64,000 nucleotides of DNA from Tubiluchus corallicola (taxonomy: Eukaryota > Animalia > Priapulida). The stretch is taken from assembly GCA_030141605.1 (NCBI GenBank), contig JAQGDQ010000046.1, forward strand, positions 434,001 through 498,000. Direction: 5' to 3'. Within the stretch, counting starts at the first letter, position 1, and the number at the start of each line of letters is the position of its first letter. The notes below the pieces were generated by a model, which worked only from the letters and a program-made list of their open reading frames with translations, ran no database searches and was not told the origin of the DNA. The position numbers and the translations under genes are program-made. Below, in pieces: positions 41,262 to 53,200 of the stretch.

Positions 41262-44200
41262 GAGACAATGCGGGAGAGGGATTGTAACAAACCATTTCGG
41301 ATCAAGCCCAGAATTATCGTGCCACACATCAATAGCAATAAGTTGACCAAGGCTACGGCATGTGGTCATTAGGAATCTATCCTGCGCTCCAGCATCAAAT
41401 GCAGATCTGTGTTTATGGTAAAGTCGAGTGGGTAAACTATGCCCATCATTACCTGAAATGTAACTTAATATACTCATCACTTAATATTTACTGCAACAAT
41501 CATAACCGTAATGCACAGCAGGCCTATTTGTGATATAAGAACTTAAGTTCGCAGCATGAAAAGACAAAGCAAACATAAACTGCTGCTTTAGTCACAAGTC
41601 ATTCATTTTCATTATTTCATGTGATCATAATTACAAGATTTTTTAAATATATTAAAGAACCCTTCATGAGTTAAAATTTATTTCTGTTGTGAAATTACTC
41701 AAATGTTTAGCGATTAACTTTAACGATGTAAAGTTTAATAAACATGAAAGTCCACTATAATGAATAGAAGCGTTTACAGAATGATTTAAGCAATCTAGCA
41801 GATCTTCAAAGACTGCTACAGCCTGTATGTACTGCCAGGCAGTAATTAGGTAATTACACCGTAGTTTCAATACAAAATATAAATTCATATGTAACATTAC
41901 ATTATTGGCATCTATGATCCCAGGAGGAAAACCATGCCCGTCAATATAAGACAAAAATTGACCTTATTTAAATATGGCAGTACAATAAGGCTGTGTTAGC
42001 AGGTTAGCCAAAGGAATAACAAATTTGAAAGATTGATATTTTTTCACAACAGAATCATAATAAGCAATACTGGACAATTTTACAAGCTACAACACGATGT
42101 AAGCCTAAAAAACTGCACAATTTCCTGAAAAACACTCCAATAAACACTCAATTTTTTTCTTATTTATTCACCTTCAATATAAATGATAACATTTGCTGTT
42201 GTCCCAGCACCTCGTCTCAGGCCCGTAAATGTAATGATCAGGTAAGCATATGTATCACTAGGATTATTGTCCTCCAGTATTGTTACTCCCAACTATTAAC
42301 ACAGGAATTTGTTAGCAATTCACACAAATAATAGTAAAAATAATTAGAACACTTTTAATGCTAACAATCAACAATAGCAACAAGTACAAGAAAAATTACT
42401 TCAATAGTATTATAATTTAGTTAGGCATTTAGCTTTGTGCTTTTAATCATCATATTTGTCTTTGCGTAATCTATCATACTTATAATTTAGTTGGTCAATA
42501 TTATAAACTCTGAATTTTACTTTTCTCTCAATAGCGTACAGAAAGTATATATGAATTACCGGTTTTCTTTCTTTAGTTATTTTGCATCCTTAGTCAATGA
42601 AAGCCATAACTTTCAGACTCTGTTCTTTCTGTCAATTAACTTTTTTCTTGGCATGGTTCCAACTGGCTTCCAATACTGACAGCCAATAGTCAATAGTCAA
42701 TAGCAGAGGCATTTTTATTAATACATAGACGGTAGATATTGATTAATTACCTACAGATAAAAAAGGTGATGTAGACTACCCTCAAATTTAATTTACCTTC
42801 AAAGCATCTTCCTGATCATGTCTTCTTGCATACACTAACAAAACCAGGTATAAAAACCACACCAGTGATACGAATATAATGACAACAGGATTGTCAAAAA
42901 AAGTTGCAAAAAGAATAACATCTTCAATGGGATTTAGCTCATTTGGCTCAACTACAAGTCGTCCAGCAAATGCTGTCATGTGATAACACTGACAATGAAT
43001 TTGCTTTGGTGTAGTTAATGGTCCTACCTATAACAGAAAACAGGTGATCTAGAAATAACAGTTAATCAGTTTCAAGAGTTACCTGAAAACAGAAACATTG
43101 ACCAGTCACTTTTAGTAATAGATAACTTTAGTCATTGCAATACCTAATTATTTTTACCACATTAATCCATTATGAATGACTAACTTTTGGCAGCAGCAGT
43201 ATTACAAGTTTCTTTGAAGGCAAAGAATGAATTTAGTCTCTGGGACAAAGTTTGTGCCTGCAATTAATCATCGGCCAAACCCTGTGGCTCTGCTGTAAAC
43301 TTCGTTCCTAAAACCTCAAAATGTTGAAGTGAATTTTCGAAGTTGCATCTAGGTTTGTAGTTTGTTTACCACTCATTTTATTTTTTTAGTAGAAATGATT
43401 TAATAAATGGTTAGGTGGGTCTGTGACACAGGACATTAGCCTCTTGGTTTTATAGTGCGTTTTTGTGTTATAGTTGGTGCTACAGCGCAGAGGACTGAAA
43501 AGTAGGCAAACTCCAGTCCATTGGAATCAGGGACAGAAACTAATCTTCACGAAAGGGAGTCTGAGACACACATACAGTGCACTGCTTTTGCAAGAAGTGA
43601 CATTCCTTAGAAATCCTAGGCACACTTTATACCTTAAACACTCTGCATACAAGCCCAGGGCTTGATTGTGCAGCCGAAGTGTACTGAACGAGAAGTGACA
43701 TACAGTCGCCTAATGTCGAAATTTCCTTTTTGTGATACACTGCAAAAATCAACTTAAGAAGTCCTCTGGTGTTAAAAGCCACTGTGAACATATAAGTGGA
43801 ACACAAATATAAAGGTACACAAAAACTTGCAAGTGTACATGGAGCTGTCTATAATTTAGGGTTAAAGAGGTCAATGTACTTATTCTTCTGTGTTTATACT
43901 TCTCTACCATAAGGGCATCACTAACTGCACAGAAATGTTCCCCGCAAAACTTCTGTCACTTCTCCTTCAATACATATTCATGCACATAGTCTATGAAGTA
44001 AACAAATTGTGTAAGAGATGGTAACTAGCACCTCAGAAATAAACTCAGAAAAAGTATGATATAACCTGTCTTGACACTAAACAACAACAAGGTCAGTTAA
44101 TACGTAGAGTGTTTTAAGCTCGATTTCCCACAAAGAAAATTTGCATGTTTCCTTAGGCTGTTCAAATTTTAAATATAAGCAGCTTTTATGTAAAATGCAT

Positions 44201-47200
44201 GCTACTTTCAGCAAAATGGCATCGCCAATATATTAATTTCTGGCATTACATTTACACAGACGATAGTGCAAAAATGGTAGAAGATATAAGCGTGCACCAG
44301 TGTACGAAACATTACAAAGAAAGTACACTAGAGGTAAGCACCTCGTACGAGACCTCTGTTTTCACCCAGACAAATTTCAATAGAATTTCTAAGAGGAAGA
44401 CTGTAATAACTTATGTCAGTTAAATGAGTGTGATATTTGTAATGAAAACACCCTTTGGTATGAAGCACTCAGCCCAAGAGAACAATAGAGCCTTTTCTAA
44501 TATTGTTATATATCACAAAGCTCACGCCTGGTTGGTTGCCTACTAAAGTTTGTAAAAAAATCAGTCAGAAACGAATCAGTACAAAAGACTTCATGGCCGG
44601 TAATTTTTTCATGCAGTTTGTCGCATTTTGTATAAACGGCGCAGTTAACAGAAAACTGCCATATCTATAAACGGATCACCAAGTACATCTAGAAAGTTGT
44701 GGCAGTCATGGTAGTCATAGAAAGAAAGGGACATGAAAGATGACAGCTCTGGTAACTGCTAGGTAAGTGCACTAAACAAATAACTATTTTTGCAATTGAA
44801 GAATTTTTGAGGATCTATGTATATCACATTATCAAATTATTCATTAAATTCTGGAAAAAATTGGTTATATTTTGCATGACAAATTTATCAAGTAGGCACT
44901 GCATAACAGACTCACTGTTAACAGACTCAATCGCTTACTTGACTGAAAAACGTCTGGCATGGGCCGTGTTTATTCAAATGTATATAAAAACTATTGGTAA
45001 TTGAATCAAATAACACCACATAATTGACTCAATATTTTTCCGTCGCATACTTAAAATAAGGAATTTGTATGTACCCAAGGAGCCTTTCCTACTTACGTCA
45101 TCTTTACTTCGCTTCTGTGCACTATAATATCAGTAGAAACAATCATCCGTTTTGTTTGTAAGCAGGCGCATTTATCATGCACTATTACGCTAGCGCAGCA
45201 ATTTTGCTTTGAATGTTATCCCCGAATTTCTGGAAGCTAAACATTTAGTCACTTGTCTTGCGGTTTATTTTTAAAACTCTTGTTTCACGCTTTCAGACTT
45301 AATCAGTTAACAGTTAAAGATGCAGGTACAGTAATCAGCCCGTATTCCGTGAAAAATGGAGCATAAGTGTAAAGATCTAACAGTTAAGGAGAAACTGAAA
45401 ACTTTAGAGCAGTACGATAAACTTCCAAAGATGGGGCAGCGCAGTTAAAAATTTGCTATGGTACTTTTTTTCTAAAAATTTTGAACTGCACAAAGTAATT
45501 TAGGCATTACGTCGTTTCTAAAATTCATTGAATCCCCTGGCAGCGCATGCTATGCTAAGCTGATGACTCATACTTCTATGCCAGTAATACTACACCCATC
45601 GGTTAATAGGTTTAGTCAATTAACTGGGTCAAAACACTTTGGTCCCAAAGTGAGTCTATTAAGCGGCACCTACTATATTGTATATACTGTCTTAATTAAA
45701 ATTTCTACTAATTTTAGTTTCTGCTATGTAGGAAAAGGCTAAGCTACCTGGCATCCATTATTAGACCAGTTCCTTAATGGCACGTCCCAGAATAAACATC
45801 TCGCAGAATAAGAGCTAATATTAAAGTTAATGCGCTTTGCAGGAGGCTGAACTGCAACATAAATGAAAAATCACTCTATATATATATATAAATATATAAA
45901 AACAAAATATATAAATTCATTTGCATTTTATTTTATATACGAATCTAAATGGGAAAAGACTTTAGAAATGAAAATATAAATTTGGTTTAATAGATTTTAT
46001 TTCTTTCAAAGTAAAAATAACTAAAGAAATGTAATTATAGTTAGATTTTAAAAAATGACTAAATTAAAAAAATTAAACAAATGATTGAATATTTTAGTAT
46101 TTTTAGACCGAGATATTATAGTAATAAAATACATCCAGACTTCAAAGTATAGCATTAAGTGGACTAATTTATGATGATGACAATTTTTTTGGAAGCACTA
46201 ACAGAGAGCTAGCGATCAAAAGTCACGATATAATTCAGCAATTTTTAACAGATGTACATGATACTTTGCATTCATATTACTTAGAGAGATGATAACTCTA
46301 GAAAACACAATAGGGTAAAAATAATATTTAAGCAGGTATTCCGAATGAGGTTCAATAGTTTAGTATGCTCTATAACATCAAAGAGAGTGAGGAGATGTAT
46401 TACTACATTAAGATTTAAAATACTAATAACTTCACTGTGAAATAATAGCACGTTAAATGACAGATTAACTCGTGGGCTCCAAATTTTTCCAAATGCCTTG
46501 CTGCAAGGATTTGTTTCAGCTAATGACGATATCATACAGAACTTGAGTGAATATCAGCAGGAGCATTGTGATTTTTATTAGGTCACTAATGAATTCTTCA
46601 TAAGCTGAACAATACCTCAGTACTTATATAATCATGACATAAACAGTGACATTTCTAATATCAAAAAACTTACTGTACCAATGCTCTTTTTGACCAGATA
46701 GCATGGAAAGGTTTGCTGATTTTCTGATTTGTCTCCCATTAGCCACGTCATACAAGGACATGTACATGTTGATTGTTCATCTTCTATAATTACCTATCAG
46801 AATATAGTTAGAAATGTTTTGAGCATGACAGTTGTATTGTACAGTTCAACTCCTTTAAAGTCATGCTAGACAGTACAGTGTGATGCAGCAGCTAAGATGG
46901 CAGGTATATACGGAATTCATTAACATAACGTTTAAAAAATTAATTACAATCTATATCCTACAGCGATTATTTACAACAAAAGTTGAACATTTTATCTACA
47001 GTGAATATAATTTTTTATACATTTAATCAGACAAGTATGACCTTACTATTTGATTTCAATGTTTGCTGCCTACTGATACAAGACATTTTGTAACAATCAA
47101 CCATAAATGCTCACCATATTTGCCTTTACCAAAAACAGACGCAATAGGTGACATTTGTTCAATTAGCCAACTGACTACCATGCATTGCAGGAACAGTTTT

Positions 47201-50200
47201 ACAGGAGTGTTTCATTCCAAAGATGGACTCATGGTCAGTGAGTAAACTATTGTCAGTTAAACAAGATACACATGGCATTTTAAAATTTTAGTAACCATTG
47301 GCAAGATAGAGACAGGGCAATAATTAAGCTATATGAGCACAGAAAATATTTGAAAACGTCTACTCTTTGAGGAATGTTGCACTACTAGTATCTGTGCTCA
47401 CCCTTAAAGATCCAAGCAAGAGGGGATACTAAAAATATCAACAGTTGCTTTTTCATAAAACCCACTAGTCTACAGGAAAGATTACTACAGTGATGTAGTT
47501 CTATTTGGATATTATCAACTGTTAGGTGTAGGGAAGTGACGTCTGCCATAATTCTTTCATTAACGTAATCAGTAATAGTATACTATATTTCCAACAATGG
47601 CAAGCGGATATGTCTTGGTTTTGGACAGTATAATTTGTTAGAAACTTTCAAAAAAGTGATGAAAATATTCCATTTTACTATTAGAAAACATAAAATTTAC
47701 AAAGAGAATGTGCTTGAATATCATTCGATTCCTCTCTTAAATGTCTACAAAATAATTAAAATCTAAATGGCTATTTAAAAGAAGCTACAAAACAGAGATT
47801 TTTCGAAAAAATCCCAAGATTCCTCACTTTCCAGTTCCAAGCTTTGGCAATACCCGAAAAACTTAAAGAGTATCTACTTTAGGCAAGTAATGACCAGCTG
47901 ATAATGTGCTTTCACTTTATGTAGTGAGCCAAGAATTGCCTTACATGGCTTATAAGCAATGCTTTAGAAAAAAACTGTGGTAGTTCCTTTTGGTAATAGT
48001 TTTTACATAAAGCAGATGCGTGAATTTGCACTACGCAAAATTTGAGGCATTTCAAGCATTTCAGCATAAACAGGAAAAACTTCCTACAAATGCAAAACTG
48101 TTATGTATCAGTACCTTTTCCAACAGCCATCCTGCTCCAATGCCTCGATTGTTATGCCAAATACTGATATTTTTTACAATTCCAACAGACTTTGTTTTCA
48201 ATATAAACTCGTCAACTCTAAAATACATTTGTGATAGAGTAGTAAAAATGTCAAGTAATTTTAATACAGTTATCACTTTACCAAAATTAATTTAATTAAA
48301 CAAAAGTATTTACAGTTATAAAAGTTGAAGACTGCAAACACGTACAACGTGTTTTTCTGCTAGTAATGTTTAACAGAGATAAAGATGAAATGCAGAATTC
48401 AAGCAATGTTACAACTTAGTATCAGTACCATTTAACGATAACAATTAAAACTGGTTGCAACATGGCTTAAAAGTAAAGATATTTTTTTCACCAAAAACCC
48501 TTTTCTCTACTGTTACAGTTTGTTTTATGTGCCAAACATAGAAAACTTTTTTTCAAAATGACAATAAATTGTAACATGCTAAGTTTTTTGAAGTAATTGA
48601 AAAGTTACAATTATTGAGTATGAACTTATTTTTCTGTATGTACAGATCTCGTTAAAAAAAGAGGACAAGTTCTCATCAGTTCTGTGCTCTTAAAAGAAAA
48701 GTCACCTTTCTGCTGTCTGTTCGGTATCCACAATTAGTCTTTCTCTAATAGTTCTAATAATTTTCACACATTAAAGCCAATTACCTTTCGTTTGTGTCAA
48801 AACCAGAAAAAGATCACTCAGACAAAAAATGAAAGATTGCTCAGTCAGTCAATAGGTGAATGTAAATCTTGTATACTAAATCAGAAACACTAGCTATGAA
48901 TAAATTCTGAGTTTTAGCCTTTTGAAATTAATTAACTAATAACTAAGATGGATGCTGTCCCGATAGACCATTTACACGAGTTTCCTGCCGAAACGTTGTA
49001 GAAATGTGAAAGAAAGACTAACTGTGGACGCCAGACGATAAATCCGGGAAATTACAGTCAACCTTAGATGTGGTGCTGTTCTTCAACAAAGTTAGACTTG
49101 ATTAAAATTTAAATAACGAATTCTTAAGAAACCAGCTAAAGAAATTTTATCAAATTCGGCAGTAACAACTTTACATACATGCTTTTTCAAGCAAAGTTCA
49201 ATTAAAGGGAAAAAGAGAATGTTAAGGTCCAGTACATCCCAAAAAACTTTATAAAGAAATTTATATTACTTAGCATTACACCTTCCTGTTTGAAAGACTT
49301 ACGTAACTGGAAAGGAATTCTTAATAATTTAAAATGTTAGTGCAACCTGGAAAAGCCGCACTGCATCGCCATCCCAGTGTGCAACACTAATTCACTAAAA
49401 ACATATTATTAATCTTATTAACAATGTAAAGTAATTTATATTCATTTACAGTCATTTATGTTCACTTAGTGAAGATTATGCTACAAATGCAGCGATCATT
49501 TTTTCACACTTTACGCAATGTTATTTAAACTTGATTCAAAAAACTTACAGTTAAAATGGCTGTACCTAATGGTCATTGCAGGAGTTTAAGTTTATAAATT
49601 TTATACAGCATTATTGCATAAACAAGCCCTACATGCAATAAGACAGCATGTTACGTTATATAAAATTTCAAGACGAATTTTTAAAGCTTTGTTTACAGAG
49701 AGTGTTTTCTTCTCCTTTAACAAACAACTTACGCAGCTCGTCCAAAACCTGTTAAGCTACCAATCAGTTTCCTATCTTCAGTAACTCCATGATCACCATA
49801 AAGTTTCACATATACACCAGCAAATGTACCACTGTATTTTATATTGGCTGTGTGCAGAGTGATAAAATATAACACATCTAGATAGGCAAAAACAAAATTT
49901 GCAAGTTCATAAAGGCTAAAAGTTATAAAGGCTAAATCTCTTACTTCGCAATAGAATAAAATCAACTTTGGCTAAAATTGGTGTTTAAAATTAATCAAAA
50001 ATTTATTTAATTTATGCAGAGAATTAAAAACCACATTTCCAAATACAGTGTACTGTGAGTCTTTGATTACAAAGACTAAAACAACTTTTTGTCATTAAAT
50101 TTATATAGATGACTTTCAATATAAGAAAAACACATAGTAAATTTCAGCACGAAATACGAGTGAACATATAAAAAAATTATATTTCGAATGCAAGTACAAA

Positions 50201-53200
50201 GTAAGTGCTTACTTAATAATGCCAAAGTAATGCAGCAAAAGGTGTCGTTAAGCGAAACGTTGCTAAACGAAACAATGCTTTCCATAAGAAATAACGTAAA
50301 AGCAATCAGTTGCATTCCAGCAGCAAAAATCAATAGTACTTGGTAAAATGTAAAAGCATTCAATTATGTTGCAAGAGAAAAATCAGTAATGTTTGACTCA
50401 TAAATTGAACACTTTTTAGGGTATTATGCTTGCAGTTTTTCATTACCTTTTCGTTTAATTAAAAAGTTAATGAGTAACTAAAGTATGAAAACTAAAATCT
50501 AAACTTGAAAATTTAGTCTTTCCGTCTCTGGTTGCTCTCATTCAGCCATTTCTCCCCCCCTTTTGTTTTCTCATGAAAAATCTGTGGCCGGTTTCGTAGA
50601 TTATAACCATGTTTGCTACATCTCATCTTACTTCTTCCCTACCATGGTCATTATCAGTGTTGTCCTTATGATAGCTAAATTGCAAATGAGACGAACCCCC
50701 GCAAATTAACACCTGGTTGAGAGAATTAATTGTGTAAAATGAGAGTTTTATCAACCAGAGGAATTTTATCTAAATGCGGGAAAGCAATAAATCTGCCTAG
50801 CTGTGTGTGACTGCCTGCTATCAGCTAAATTGGGCAAATTATTACAAGTATGATAACCAGCTGTTCTAGGTTAAGTAGCTAGTGAGCTTCATTTATATGG
50901 TACGACAGGTGCAAACAAGATTTAATGCCTAAGCCTAAAAAAAAGTGGTTAAAATGAAACTAGTGACGTTAAGTGAAAAAAGGTGTCAAAAGATTAACTA
51001 AACTGAAGATTAGCATCATTAATGAAACTTCACTTTGCGTGTTTAGCAATATATAAGATAACATTGAAAAATAGGTAACATATAAAAATAAAATCTAAAC
51101 CATTTCATTACTACCCACCTGCTGCCTCAGATGTAGCACGAGTGGATGTTTGTTGCTCTTCAGTTGGGTTTCTTGTAGGTAAATCTAGCCAAAAGATTTC
51201 AGTGCAACGGTAATTGTTCTTAATAGTAAATTGCTTGCACACCTCACTAGACACGGAATAGCAAGTGGTAAAGTGATTTTTGCAGGTTAAGGTACAGTCC
51301 AGTGTAATTGCTGCATCACACTGAGGGGAACATTGATGGCACGTTTCATTGCAAGAAAAGAAAATCCTGTCACACTCCTGAGTTGACCTTATTTCGCATT
51401 TATACATGATACCTCTACAAAATTCTCTCTCAGTTTCAACCAGTAGAGTGCCTTCACAAGCAAAGTCAGCATTTCTAATGCATGTGTCTATATTCTCGCA
51501 ATGATAATTAAAACTTTCAAGACAGTGTGTATATTTTAGTGTACAAGTTTCATGGCAATCATCATTCGTTACATTGCACTCAGATTGGCATTTTTTAAAG
51601 AGTGCTGTACATGTGCTTTCTAAAACGGATTGGCATTGTTGATACTGTGTACTACAGTACACAGATATGTTCTCACAGTTCTTCACCCAATCATCATAGC
51701 ATGCATATTTTTGCATGCAGTTGTCTATACTGCATAATTTATTTGCCTTTGTCTTGCATAGAGCTGCATCTGTATGATCACCACAATTCTTGAAAACAGT
51801 TTCTGTACATTCAGCACTTCTTGTCTTACAGTCAAGAGATGGTTTGTAACATGTAGGTTTGAAGTAAGAATCAAACATGATGCCGATGAAAAACTTAACA
51901 GACGTGTTTTGATCATTATAAAAATTCACAATATTATCTACAACCTTTTTACTGTATGGTCCACTAGTCGTAGCAGGAATGCGATAAACAGCTGAACTGT
52001 CACCAAAACTTTCAAATATAGGCCTTTTGCCTTTTTTGATAACAACCTAAATAGAATAGTTTACATATAAGCAAACAAAGTTGCAAAATGCAATCCATAG
52101 ATGCAAAAATTCTAAACAAGAGCTTACACAATTACTAGCTATTCACTTGGTTTTTATGCAATTATATAAAAATAAATGTGCCCGAAAGAATACAAGGAGC
52201 AAAAACACAATTTTTCTGCAATGAAAGTTGAAACTGTAAGTACACTGCTTTACTATGTAGTATCAACACACCAGCTTCTCTCCTACATCAGTTTGATAAA
52301 TTAGACAAAGTTACCTTTAATGCTATACCAGGAGGAACATCTTGAAACGATATTATACAGTGACTGTATGCATCGACAACAAGCGAGTGGACAGTGATAT
52401 GCTTGCTGGAGAAATTCGTTGCATGTTCCATAAAATATGAAGGTATCAATATGGTGTCATCTGTGAAACAATTATAATCTTATTAATGTTGAAATGCAAG
52501 CCACCCCTTGAACTTTAATAATGTTAAGAAAATAAGTGGAAATAAGTGATGGATGGTTAAAAGCCTTTGGTATATAATGTGATTGACTGAAATTGCCCCA
52601 TTCAAGTTACTGACTTCAACAATACAACATAATGATCTCAATTTAACCCCAGAAATACAAGCTGTAACAGTGATCCCTTTTTACCACTAAACATACTCAA
52701 AACAAACATTAATAAGCAGATCATTTAAATAAAGAACAATGACAAATTTGTTTTACCCTTAACATCCATAAAAAACTCTAGAGGCTCTGCAATCTCATAA
52801 AATTCAAGCCCAAGCAGACTTGGACCTTTGCCGAAAGATACACTTGTTATAGGAGTGCTGATAGGAAGTGCAGACTCAAAAGCTTTGAATATATTTTCTT
52901 TTATGCCAATTATCTAAAATTAATACACATTCACAAAATCTTTATTAGACATAAGACATTTTAAATAACTAAACATAACCAATCTGACAGACAGAAATTG
53001 TGACAAGCTATGCTAGCATCTTCAAGTATTCTGCTTTTCACAAGTTTGTCTGGCATTTTCTACAGTTTGTTTCACAGAGACTGACAATGAGGACATACAA
53101 TGCCATCATAAATAAGCTAACGGAAATTTCACGTAATTGTGATTTGTTCTTGCGCAGAAAATCACAGAAGATGGAAATAAAGAAGAATTGCAAGATAAAT

